Below, piece by piece: positions 9,381-19,236 of a DNA stretch of 64,000 nucleotides. A model generated the notes under the pieces. The model saw nothing but the letters and a program-made list of their open reading frames with translations, was not told where the DNA came from and did no database searches. Positions within the stretch are counted from its first letter, which is position 1, and each line of letters starts with the position of its first letter. Both the position numbers and the translations under genes were made by a program. The DNA comes from Clostridia bacterium (lineage in GTDB: Bacteria; Bacillota; Clostridia; JAAYHZ01): assembly GCA_050950825.1 (NCBI GenBank), contig JBMNIH010000010.1, positions 160,001-224,000 on the forward strand, written 5' to 3'.

Positions 9381-10856
9381 TCATAAACCGATGTTGCGAA
9401 GTATAATTCGCATAATACTGTGAGGAGGCAGTTCCATTGAATTTTTAATATCCGTTTCTACGGGTCGGTCCGAGATGTTGTAGGGTTCTTCGAAAGTATT
9501 CATGCTTCGTACGTTCGGATTCCAAAGGATGTCTGCGCGATCCAAAATCCACATATCATCAAGCCTAACATTTACTTTTTGCTTGTTGTGCAAATCCTTG
9601 TTTACCATTGTAATGACAAGTTTTTTGCCGTCGCTGCTAATTGATGCCACGCAATCCGTCATGGAATTGGGGCGGTCTTGATATATCGGTATTATGGTTT
9701 GTTTCAAATGCTCCTTGAATAGCTTAAATACGTAGAAGGTAGGCGTTTTATAACACTTCGGACCTTCCGTTTCGAATAGACTTTGCAAAAGGTTGACCAA
9801 TTGGGTTTCCATTGCAAATTCAACAATGTCGCAGTTCCTATAAAACAAGTGGAGGGTGCATGCGGCAAATATGGCATCTCGTAAGGTCTGGCGCTGGCGT
9901 GTTCCGTTCTCTAAGGTTGCTTCCGAATGCCAAAGGCTCCATTCGTCAAAGCAAATGGTGGTTTTGAATCTTTCGTTTGTATGCTCCGATATATATCCGC
10001 GGTGTAAATCGATATCCTTTTGATAATATTTCAGCGCGTCCAAGGAGAAATAATAGTTCTCATCGCTGAAATCCACCGCATCGCCACACTCCTTATAGCG
10101 TGATTTGGCACTTCCGATATAGTGATGGACGGAAAGGGAATCGGGTCCTTTTTGCCGTTGCCGGTGCGTTACATAGTCCAGGAATTTGCCGACCCAGCCC
10201 GGCAGGTAATGGCGCTCGCTCAGTCCAAGCCCGATGATGTGCAGATCGTTTCTCAATTCCCGTATTGCGGTTGTAAACTTCAGATAGTTCTGTGCATAGG
10301 CAACCGGGTTGTTATAATCAATCCACCATACGTTTTCATCCGTGTTTCCGATGCCCCAATACTTTACGTTATACGGTTCGGGATGACCGTTCTCGGCACG
10401 ATAAGAACCGTACTTTGTTTCAACGGGCCCGTTGCAATATTCATACCAATCAAGGAATTCGTCCGGACTGCCGGTAGCGGTATTGGCAACAATGATCGGC
10501 TCCGCTCCTATTAATCGGCAGAAATGAATAAACTCATCCGTACCAAAATCGTGGTGCCATATTTTATCCGGACAAGGTATCGGATGGATCCTGCTTTTTC
10601 GTTCTTTTCCTACTCCGTCCTTCCAATGATAATGATCCGCACAGCAACCTCCCGGCCAACGAACAGCGGCAATACCCGCTTCGCGGCAACCGTCGATTAC
10701 GGATTTGCGAATGCCGTCCACATTAGGTATGGGTGATTCTTTTCCGACCCAAATACCGTCGTATACAGTGCTTCCGAAATACTCAAAAAAAGTACTGTGC
10801 AAAAAAGGGCTGATTCGATGTGTTTTCACAGGTTCGTTATAAATATATAAATTCAT
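9381..10856 (-). CDS. GH51 alpha-L-arabinofuranosidase-like protein
   Basis: RWPGGC.AD.YHW.DG, FGTDEF, YWGIGN, FDEW motifs; GGAGGT RBS supports ATG 10856. Confidence 0.88.
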   Translation of the reverse strand: MNLYIYNEPVKTHRISPFLHSTFFEYFGSTVYDGIWVGKESPIPNVDGIRKSVIDGCREAGIAAVRWPGGCCADHYHWKDGVGKERKSRIHPIPCPDKIWHHDFGTDEFIHFCRLIGAEPIIVANTATGSPDEFLDWYEYCNGPVETKYGSYRAENGHPEPYNVKYWGIGNTDENVWWIDYNNPVAYAQNYLKFTTAIRELRNDLHIIGLGLSERHYLPGWVGKFLDYVTHRQRQKGPDSLSVHHYIGSAKSRYKECGDAVDFSDENYYFSLDALKYYQKDIDLHRGYISEHTNERFKTTICFDEWSLWHSEATLENGTRQRQTLRDAIFAACTLHLFYRNCDIVEFAMETQLVNLLQSLFETEGPKCYKTPTFYVFKLFKEHLKQTIIPIYQDRPNSMTDCVASISSDGKKLVITMVNKDLHNKQKVNVRLDDMWILDRADILWNPNVRSMNTFEEPYNISDRPVETDIKNSMELPPHSIMRIILRNIGL

Positions 10857-10868
10857 ATGATATACCTC

Positions 10869-11300
10869 CCTAATAATACTTTGATTTTCTTTGAATATCT
10901 CACTCATTCTTAGATTTTCTCATTTTTCAAGATGAGCCACATGGACAGACGATACATTGTTGCATAATTATGGATTCCATAGTGCATACTAATTAAACCT
11001 GTGTCATTTTGCTGTTTTACGGCCATTAGTATCCACACATTCTCCGGTGGCAACCCTCCCATGTCTAGCGGGGTCATAGCCCTTATGGTGAAAATTCATC
11101 CCGACTATCCGGCTCTTCTTGTCAATGTTCAATCTATAATGAATGAATAGTGAAAACTTGAGTTTTACTCTGTCCCCTTGCACCGCTTAGTTACTTCCGT
11201 CATTGCTCGAGGAAGACTGTCAAGGGTCGGCGCAAGCCGAACGCAGTCTTGCCCTTGACCGTCTTACGAGAGCAATGTATCCTTCCATAAGCGGTGTAAG
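10869..11300 (-). ncRNA. candidate bridge/seek RNA in IS110 3' non-coding end
   Basis: About 430 nt non-coding; nested hairpin CACCGCTTA..CATTGCTC..GTCAAGGG / CCCTTGAC..GAGCAATG..TAAGCGGTG. Confidence 0.5.
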
Positions 11301-12584
11301 TTATGCAGCTTTGGTTTCAGGTCTTCTTATATCGCTCATCATCTTTTGCGGATCGTACGCTACGTTTTTCGTCAGTATCGCATAAAAAATCCGAATCAGT
11401 TTGTTACTCAATGCAACCAAAGATTGCATCTTCTTCAGCGGATTTTCCTTCCGGCTTGTGTAATACTCGTGCAGAGCTCTAAATTCCTCATTCTTGGATA
11501 ACAACGGCATCATCCCAAATGTCAGATAATATCGCAGTCGTTTTCTCCCTCGCTTGCATATGGTGGTCTTGCCTTTATGTTTCCCGGAGCTGTTCTCTTT
11601 CAGACTTAGTCCTGCCAACTTTTGTATCTGTTTCGGATGCGAAAAACGCTTTATGTCACCTATTTCCGCTATGAATCCTGCCGCCGTAACAAGTCCTATT
11701 CCCTTGATTTCAAGCAATTTCTCAAACCCCGGTATTTCTTTCGTCAATCTTTCGACTAACTCCATTGTTTTATCATATTGACGTTTTTTGCTTTCATAAT
11801 CTTCAAGCAGCATTTCCAACTCATACTCGGCGGAAATTAGCCCTTCCGTCGTTCCTACGGACGAGACGGCTGCCTCCAACAGCATCTTTGCCCTGTTTCT
11901 TCCGACTGCTCGTATCTTGTATTTCTTCCAAACGGCTATGATTCCGTCAACACCCTTCTCTTTTATCTTCGTCGGTGTCGCGCACTCTTTCAATACGAGG
12001 ATCGCCGCTTTCCCTTCCCAATCCTTAAACACCTTCGTCAATTCGGGAAAGTATATGCAAATCCATCGGCTAATCCTATTCTTGATTGCGGAAAGCTCCT
12101 TCATAATTCGCCAACGGCTGTCCATAGCCGTTCGCAATTCCTTGTATACCCCTTCCGGTAGATAGGGTTCTATATATCTGCCGTCTTTAATCAGCATGGC
12201 GATGGTTTTCGGATCTTTTCGGTCGGTTTTACTCGGGTTATTGTCATCCAATTCCTTGCTTTTCTTTACATGGTGAGGATTAACCAACGCGATCCTCATA
12301 CCGCTTTGTCTTTCGATATATTCTCCAAGGTTGAACCAATAGTGCCCGGTGGGCTCCATACCTATCGTCACATCCTTGAATCCATTGTTATTGACTAGTT
12401 TCCTGACCCAATCTTCAAACCTTGAAAACCCTTCCGCGTCATTATTGAATTTCAATAGCTTTCCGTATTCCAATCCTCTGAAATTGAATGCTCGGGCGTA
12501 ATGTGTTTCGCTTCCAACATCAATTCCAACAATCAATGTTTTTTCTGTTATTTGCATTATTCTTTCATTTTGGGTATACTTCAT
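11301..12584 (-). CDS. IS110 family DEDD transposase/recombinase
   Basis: VGIDV, MEPTG, KTDRKD motifs and C-terminal ENSSGK. Confidence 0.95.
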   Translation of the reverse strand: MKYTQNERIMQITEKTLIVGIDVGSETHYARAFNFRGLEYGKLLKFNNDAEGFSRFEDWVRKLVNNNGFKDVTIGMEPTGHYWFNLGEYIERQSGMRIALVNPHHVKKSKELDDNNPSKTDRKDPKTIAMLIKDGRYIEPYLPEGVYKELRTAMDSRWRIMKELSAIKNRISRWICIYFPELTKVFKDWEGKAAILVLKECATPTKIKEKGVDGIIAVWKKYKIRAVGRNRAKMLLEAAVSSVGTTEGLISAEYELEMLLEDYESKKRQYDKTMELVERLTKEIPGFEKLLEIKGIGLVTAAGFIAEIGDIKRFSHPKQIQKLAGLSLKENSSGKHKGKTTICKRGRKRLRYYLTFGMMPLLSKNEEFRALHEYYTSRKENPLKKMQSLVALSNKLIRIFYAILTKNVAYDPQKMMSDIRRPETKAA

Positions 12585-12741
12585 TGTAGATGCCTCCTGT
12601 TGATTTTGATTTGTGGTTACTTGTTGTGCAACTCACATTTCAAATTCTACAGTACGGCATCTTCTTTTTCAAAGTTCATTTTATTTCACTACAGGAATGC
12701 TCATTCAATAGCATCCGGGAATTTACCGCATGATATGATTT

Positions 12742-13169
12742 TTATTCGACGTTATACATTTTTTTCATGTCCGCAACGGATTTTACGATAATTTCTTTTA
12801 ATACGTCGATATTGATATCTTCCAATTTATTAATGTAAATGCATGAACCCGAGCCGGCTTTGTATTTACCGAGTTTATTCAGAAGATCTTGATAATTGCT
12901 TGCTCCCGACATAATGTATAGGGATATATATTGTTTTCTCGGTGAAAAAGCGATTAACGGCCAATCTCCTTCTTGCTTGCTTCTTTCCGATTTGTAATGA
13001 TAGGAACCGTATCCGATCATGTTGTTGCTCCAATACTCGGCTTTTTCATTTAATACGCTATCAAAAACTTTTTTTAATTCGATACTGTCCAATCTCTTTT
13101 TTCAGGCTCAACACTCATTAAGTATTCATCGACATTAAGATCCGTTCGCTTTGTTTTTATTTCACCCAT
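12742..13169 (-). pseudogene. DUF1801 (YdhG-like) protein, frameshifted
   Basis: GAGGAG RBS and ATG 13169 (MGEIKTKRT...) are out of frame with the body (MIGYGSYHY, FSPRK); 1 nt missing at A6 run 13097-13102. Confidence 0.75.
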
Positions 13170-13469
13170 CATCAATCTCCTCGGACAATTTGTTTTTCAT
13201 ACGTTTATTTTACCGGAATTCTTTATTGTCTGAATGATAATGTTTTGTTGCTTTCTTTTAACAAATATAATATTCTTTTAACGGAGAACATAAAAGTTGT
13301 AATTTAATCTGTTGAATGGACGCAGATTAATAAGAAGAGACAAATTTGTTATCGATTTTTATAAAAAATGAATAGTTAATTCGGTATACTTTTGCACGGA
13401 TTTGTGATAAAATGGCACACTGATTCGTGTTTTATGTTTATTCAACAAAGTTGGGAGGATCGAAGGATA

Positions 13470-15641
13470 ATGTCAATCGTAAGTCTGGTTATCATTGCGT
13501 CTATTTTGGCCGTCTCTTTCGCCGCTTTTAACTTCGTAAAGGTTAAGAGAATGGATGAAGGTACGGAGAAAATGAAGGAAATTGCAGCTGCAATCCGTAT
13601 TGGCGCAAATGCATTTATTAACTACGAGTACAAGGTTCTTTATGCGGTTGTTGCAATCGTAGCCGTTTTAATGGTCGTGTTGACCTCTTGGTATGCCGCC
13701 GTTTCATTGGTCATCGGATCGCTGTTAAGCGGTGCTGCCGGATTTATAGGTATGAAAATTGCAACTTACGCAAACGTTCGAGTTTCAAACGAAGCGCGTA
13801 CAACGAAAGATATAGGTAAAACCGTAAAAGTCGCCATTCGCGGCGGTTCGGTTATGGGCTTGTGTGTATCGGGCTTTGCTTTATTCGGTTTATTTTTAGT
13901 TTATGTTATTTTCGGTTTGCTGCTGGGACAATTGGAGGATTTGAGTTCATATACAAACTGGCTCGGCGTTTCATTCATTCCCTTTACAATGAGCTTGTCC
14001 GGTTATGCGTTAGGTTGTTCCATGGTAGCGATGTTCAACCGTGTCGGTGGCGGTATCTATACAAAAGCTGCCGATATGGGAGCGGATTTGGTAGGTAAGA
14101 CGGAAGCTCATATTCCGGAAGACGACCCTCGTAACCCCGCTACCATTGCGGATAATGTAGGGGATAACGTTGGAGACGTTGCCGGCTTAGGCTCCGACTT
14201 ATTGGAAAGCTATGTTGGCTCCATTGTTTCCGCTATTATTTTAGGGTACCACTTGGTTATTTCGGCGCAAGCTAACGGAAGCGCTATTGCGGACGGTATG
14301 CTAACGAAGTTAATCATGTTCCCGCTGGCTTTTGTTGCCACCGGCTTGATTTCTTGCTGTTTAGGTATTGCAACCATCATTTTCAAATCAAAAATGTCCC
14401 ACGACCCTCATAAGGATCTTAACTTAGCCACATATATATCTGCAGGATTAACCATCTTATTTGGTTTTGTTTCATCCTACGTCATTTTTGGTAAAGTTGA
14501 AAATCTCGGTACATTCAATTTTGCAGCCGGTTGGATTTCTCCTTGGATTGCCGCTACCATTGGTGTGGCTGCCGGTGTTATCATAGGCGCTATTGCCGAA
14601 TACTATACCTCGGATGGATTTAACCCCACAAAAAATCTTGCGCATGCATCTCTTGAAGGTTCCGCTTTAACAATCACCCAAGGCTTGGCGTTAGGTATGA
14701 AATCTTGTATGGCTCCTTGTATTATATTGGCCGGCGGAATCATTTTTGCCTATGCCATCTCGGGTCTTTACGGAGTTGCGATATCCGCTATGGGTATGCT
14801 TTCCTTCGTAGCCGCCACGGTTTCCGTAGACACATACGGTCCGATTTCGGACAATGCCGGCGGTATTTCTGAAATGTCCGGACTTGAAAAGGATGTTCGC
14901 CGTATTACGGACACATTGGACTCCGTAGGAAATACAACCGCAGCCATCGGTAAAGGATTTGCTATCGGATCGGGAGCGTTAGCCGCTTTGGCTTTAATGA
15001 TTTCCTATTTGTATTCATACAACGAAATCGGAACCAACTTATTATTAAATATTGTTAAGCCTATTGTTCTGGCCGGTGCTATCGTCGGAGGCGCTTTGCC
15101 GTTTATGTTCTCCGGTATCTTGATTGAAGCCGTAGCAAAGGCCGCTCGTAAGATGGTGGACGAAGTTCGCCGTCAATTTAGAGAAATTAAAGGTATTATG
15201 GACGGATCCGAAAAACCGGATTACAAAACTTGTATCGAAATCTCCACAAAAGGTGCGATTAGCGAAATGAAGTTCCCGTCTATAATGGCTATTGTGGTTC
15301 CCGTGGTTTGCGGTTTCATTTTCGGTCCCGAGTTTGTAGGAGGTCTGATCATCGGATGTACGATATCCGCTATCATGCTTGCTCTGTTCTGCGGCAATGC
15401 AGGAGGCGCTTGGGATAATGCGAAGAAACACATTGAATCCGGCGGAATCGAAGGAGTCGGAAAAGGCACGTCCGCTCATGACTCCGCAGTTGTCGGAGAT
15501 ACGGTAGGAGATCCTTTGAAAGATACCGTAGGTCCGTGCTTGGATATCTTTATTAAGATTATGTCAACGGTATCCCTTGTTGCCGTCAGCATTTTCAGTA
15601 AATACAATTTGGCGGATCTTTTATCAAATTTATTTAAATAG
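13470..15641 (+). CDS. hppA: membrane pyrophosphatase, K+-dependent type (probably Na+-translocating)
   Basis: GGGIYTKAADMGADLVGK, DNVGDNVGD, GNTTAA, GDTVGDPLKDT motifs. Confidence 0.94.
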   Translation: MSIVSLVIIASILAVSFAAFNFVKVKRMDEGTEKMKEIAAAIRIGANAFINYEYKVLYAVVAIVAVLMVVLTSWYAAVSLVIGSLLSGAAGFIGMKIATYANVRVSNEARTTKDIGKTVKVAIRGGSVMGLCVSGFALFGLFLVYVIFGLLLGQLEDLSSYTNWLGVSFIPFTMSLSGYALGCSMVAMFNRVGGGIYTKAADMGADLVGKTEAHIPEDDPRNPATIADNVGDNVGDVAGLGSDLLESYVGSIVSAIILGYHLVISAQANGSAIADGMLTKLIMFPLAFVATGLISCCLGIATIIFKSKMSHDPHKDLNLATYISAGLTILFGFVSSYVIFGKVENLGTFNFAAGWISPWIAATIGVAAGVIIGAIAEYYTSDGFNPTKNLAHASLEGSALTITQGLALGMKSCMAPCIILAGGIIFAYAISGLYGVAISAMGMLSFVAATVSVDTYGPISDNAGGISEMSGLEKDVRRITDTLDSVGNTTAAIGKGFAIGSGALAALALMISYLYSYNEIGTNLLLNIVKPIVLAGAIVGGALPFMFSGILIEAVAKAARKMVDEVRRQFREIKGIMDGSEKPDYKTCIEISTKGAISEMKFPSIMAIVVPVVCGFIFGPEFVGGLIIGCTISAIMLALFCGNAGGAWDNAKKHIESGGIEGVGKGTSAHDSAVVGDTVGDPLKDTVGPCLDIFIKIMSTVSLVAVSIFSKYNLADLLSNLFK

Positions 15642-15659
15642 ATTCATTATATATAAAAG

Positions 15660-15691
15660 AAAGCCCGAACAAGAAGGATTCGGGCTTTTTT
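15660..15691 (+). terminator. hppA terminator
   Basis: AAAGCCCGAA/TTCGGGCTTT plus T-run. Confidence 0.8.
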
Positions 15692-15700
15692 GAATTTTTA

Positions 15701-15731
15701 TTGTCAACCATATATTTATAACGGTTGACAA
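15701..15731. promoter_or_regulatory. BirA operator
   Basis: TTGTCAAC-N15-GTTGACAA palindrome directly upstream of bioY. Confidence 0.85.
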
Positions 15732-15783
15732 TCGGGAGCTTATTCTATAAAATATCGAAAGATATTTTTCCGGGAAGGTTTTT

Positions 15784-16329
15784 ATGAAAAACAGACAAGA
15801 CATATACCGAATGGTATTAACGGCCGTAGCGGCCGCCGTACTATGTGTTTTGGGCCCTTTGTCCATACCCATCGGCATTGTACCCATTTCCTTTACGAAT
15901 TTTGCCCTTTTCATTTCCCTGTACGCTTTGGGTATGAAAAACGGTACATACGGCTATATTATCTATTTACTCATCGGCCTTACGGGGGTACCGGTGTTTT
16001 CGAATTTCAGCGGAGGCATAGGAAAATTGCTCGGCCCTACGGGAGGCTACTTAATAGGAATGATCTTTACCGCCGTTATTGCAGGGCTTTTCATCGATCG
16101 TTTTTTGAATAAGAAAATCCTATGTTTTTTGGGAATGGTTATCGGAGCCTTGGTATGCTATCTATTCGGTTCCGCTTGGCTTTCCTATCAAGGACATATG
16201 TCCATCGCCCAATCTCTATCCGTTGGCGTTATTCCCTTTATTCCCGGCGATTTGGCTAAAATTCTAATTGTCGCCCTGATCGGACCGAAGATTCGAAAAC
16301 GGCTGACGGAATCACGGGTCGACTCGTAA
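15784..16329 (+). CDS. bioY: biotin ECF S-component BioY
   Basis: VPIS, G.PVF..F.GG...LLGPTGGYL.G, FIPGDLAK motifs. Confidence 0.93.
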   Translation: MKNRQDIYRMVLTAVAAAVLCVLGPLSIPIGIVPISFTNFALFISLYALGMKNGTYGYIIYLLIGLTGVPVFSNFSGGIGKLLGPTGGYLIGMIFTAVIAGLFIDRFLNKKILCFLGMVIGALVCYLFGSAWLSYQGHMSIAQSLSVGVIPFIPGDLAKILIVALIGPKIRKRLTESRVDS

Positions 16330-16351
16330 TCAATTTTATATCTCCATTCAT

Positions 16352-16376
16352 AACCGGCTTGCAATGCCGGTTTTTT
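16352..16376 (+). terminator. bioY terminator
   Basis: AACCGGC/GCCGGTT plus T-run. Confidence 0.7.
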
Positions 16377-16456
16377 ATTACTCCGCGGACGGATTAAGGT
16401 ATAAATGCTCAATTTTTTGCAAAAAGTATGGTAAAGAAATATCAAGAGGTACGTTT

Positions 16457-16639
16457 ATGCGGAAAATCTGCTTGTGGACGGTGTGTATCGGTTTACTGTT
16501 TTTTATATACAGCTGCAGCCAAACAAAGAATCAAGATATCGCTATGTATGAAAATCAAATCAAGCATATGGAAAGCGAAATGGAACAGCTGAGAGAAGAA
16601 AATGAGCGGTTAAAGAAGCTGCTCGGTGAAACATCATGA
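16457..16639 (+). CDS. small putative lipoprotein with coiled coil
   Basis: GAGGT RBS, signal peptide ending IYSC, heptad-rich tail; ATGA overlap with the next gene. Confidence 0.6.
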   Translation: MRKICLWTVCIGLLFFIYSCSQTKNQDIAMYENQIKHMESEMEQLREENERLKKLLGETS

Positions 16640-17730
16640 GCAACCAAATCAATCGCCAGCGGTTAACCGTGTCCGAATGGCTTTTGCTGTATATTGTTAC
16701 AACGTATGCGCCTACCACTCGTTTGGTGTCACAAATGACCATAATCAAAGCCAAGGAGATGGCATGGCTTGTGCCCATTGCAAGCTGTATTGTCTATATA
16801 CCGCTTTTAGCGGTTGTGGCCGTTATTGTCAAGAAGTTTCAAGGAATGTCCTATATAGATATTTTGACATCCGTTTTCGGGAAATGGGCCGGAAAAGCCG
16901 TCGGTACGCTTTTGCTTTTGTATTTGGTTGTTTTGCTTTCCATGTACATTCGATATTCCACCGACCAGCTGACCACCACCATCTATATTGCCACCGACTA
17001 CCGAATATTCGTTTTCATCGAATTGTTTGCCATTTTCTTTATGCTGCGAGGAGGAATCGCCACCATCGCAAGGATGAACAAAATCATTTTCTTTTTATTG
17101 GTTTCCCAATTTGTTTTGCTTTTAATCTTCATGGCAAAGGATATGGACCTTCAAAACGTCACTCCCGTTCATACGGGAGGTATTCCCGGTGTATTTGACG
17201 GTTTAAGCTATGCTCTATGCATCTTAGGTTACGTTTCTTTTCTTTTGATCGTAAACGACAAAGTCATTTTACATGAAAACTTTCAAAAGGAATTTATACG
17301 ATTGGGTATTTTCATGATCACCGCTTTTACGCTGGTCATATTTTGGACGTTAGCCATATTCGGGCATCGTGTTACGGAAAGGTTAAATTATCCTTTTTTC
17401 CAAGCGGTAAAGGGCATCATCATCTTTAAAGGGATGACCGGAATGGAAGCTTTGTTTTTGTCTTTGTGGCTTTTGTCCGAATTCATGATTATTTGCCTTT
17501 ACAGCTTTTGCATCCTTCATTTGGCTCGAGGCATTTTCAACATCAAAAGCGAGCTGCCTTTTTTGAGTGTTTTTCTCGTTTTTATATTCCTGTTTTCTCA
17601 ATACTTTTGCAGCAATACCTTTGAATTGCAGAAATTTTCGAGAAATATTTCCACGCCGGGGAATATGGTTTTTGCGGTGGCGTTGCCCTTTGCGGTATAT
17701 GTTGCGGGTAAGATCAGAAAAAAGATTTGA
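16636..17730 (+). CDS. spore germination receptor B subunit (GerAB/KB family)
   Basis: QINRQRLT..., AW, polytopic APC-type membrane protein, YPFF; ger context. Confidence 0.85.
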   Translation: MSNQINRQRLTVSEWLLLYIVTTYAPTTRLVSQMTIIKAKEMAWLVPIASCIVYIPLLAVVAVIVKKFQGMSYIDILTSVFGKWAGKAVGTLLLLYLVVLLSMYIRYSTDQLTTTIYIATDYRIFVFIELFAIFFMLRGGIATIARMNKIIFFLLVSQFVLLLIFMAKDMDLQNVTPVHTGGIPGVFDGLSYALCILGYVSFLLIVNDKVILHENFQKEFIRLGIFMITAFTLVIFWTLAIFGHRVTERLNYPFFQAVKGIIIFKGMTGMEALFLSLWLLSEFMIICLYSFCILHLARGIFNIKSELPFLSVFLVFIFLFSQYFCSNTFELQKFSRNISTPGNMVFAVALPFAVYVAGKIRKKI

Positions 17731-17755
17731 TTCTTTAACTTTGGAGGGTTAAAAG

Positions 17756-19236
17756 GTGATAGACGAACAAACGATCAAGGAGATGGAGATTACAACGGAA
17801 AATATAAAAGCGGTGTTTAAAGACCAAGACGATGTTATGTACAAGGATGCCTTTATTCGAGGTGAGCCTGAGTTAAGAGCGGATTTGGTGTATGTGGACG
17901 GAATGGCCGACGTATCCTCCATTAACGAGGATATCATCAAGCCTTTAAATGAAAATCCGGTATTTCAGCGTGTAAACACGCAGGAGGAGGCTTACGAAGC
18001 CGCCGTAAACGGCGGTATTTATCACGGCTCCATGGTGATGTTAAAAGACATGGAGGAGCTGGTAAGTACCCTTCTTTTCGGTTTTACGGTGGTCGTTTTC
18101 GACGGTATTAAAAAGGCGATTGCTTTTGAGACCAAAGGTTTTAAGTATCGGTCGGTTACGGCGGCACAAGAAGAGAATACGTATAAATCTCCGAAAGATG
18201 CCTTTGTTGAAAACATTCGGGTAAATGTCTCGTTAATTCGACAAAAAATCATCAGCCGTCATTTGGCCGTTAGCGAATTGGATGTAGGTACATTAAGCAA
18301 CACCCCATGCAGCATTTTGTATATGAGCAATATCTGCAACGAAGAGTTCGTTGAAATCATAAAAACAAGGTTGAAGAATATGAAGCAGGAAGACGCCCTG
18401 TCCATGCAGGATGTATATGAAAGCTTGGTGGAACACAAGTATACCATGTTTCCTCAGGCGAAAAGTACGGAAAGCTCATCGATAGTGTGTTCTTCATTAA
18501 TGGAAGGAAAAGTGGCGGTTTTGATAAACGGCATACCTTACGCATTGATTTTCCCGATGGTGTTCGGCGATTTATTTAATTCTTCCTTTGATTACAACAT
18601 CAATTTCGCTTTGGCAAGCTTCTTTCGTATTATGCGTTATGCAAGCTTTTTGTTTACCCTTCTTCTTCCCGGGATTTATGTTGCCATTGCGGAATTTCAC
18701 CCGGAAATGATTCCTTTCGCTTTGTTAAATGCCATCGGCGCCGCGAAAGCGGGAACACCCTTCAATACGGTTCTTGAAATACTGATTATGAGCTTTACTT
18801 TTTACGTATTAATCCAAGTAAGCATGCAGGTACCCACCTCCATGGGCTCCGCCGTATCTATCGTAGGAGGTATTGTGTTAGGACAGGCGGCGGTTCAAGC
18901 ACAGCTGGTATCTCCCGGCGTCATTGTGGTTATTGCCGCCGCGTCCATTGCCGCCTTGGCCATTCCCAACAAGGATGCCAATTTTGCGGTATGGATATGG
19001 CAAGGCTTTATTACCATACTGACCTCCGTGTTCGGATTATACGGCTTATCCGCAGGATTCATATTGTTCCTTTACTGTCTGGCACGATTGGAGTCTTTAG
19101 GCGTTCCTTATCTGTCGCCCTATATCCATCCTCCAAAATGCAGCCCGAAGATTCCTTTATTCGTTTTCCCCTTACCGATATTCAATACCGGCCGATCTAT
19201 TTAAAGCCGAAAGAAAAGGAAAGGAAAAAGAAATGA
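17756..19236 (+). CDS. spore germination receptor A subunit (GerAA/KA family); C-terminus apparently frameshifted near 19125
   Basis: PKDAFVENI..N.SLIR, FHPEMIP, GQAAVQA.LVSP motifs; unshifted ORF stops at 19204, conserved tail in another frame stops at 19236. Confidence 0.85.

Larger units (their letters stand above)
10866..12702 (-). mobile_element. IS110-family insertion sequence; ends inferred from a GAG core at both junctions
   Basis: Transposase plus non-coding ends; CTC at 10866-10868 and 12700-12702; no terminal inverted repeats seen. Confidence 0.7.

Noticed and set aside
10857-10907. N-terminal extension MSEIFKENQSIIREVYH of the GH51 ORF
   Set aside because: Lies mostly in the inferred IS right end; the RBS supports ATG 10856
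13095-13104. Programmed -1 frameshift at AAAAAAG
   Set aside because: The heptamer is not in the X XXY YYZ phase relative to the upstream frame (GAA AAA AGA)
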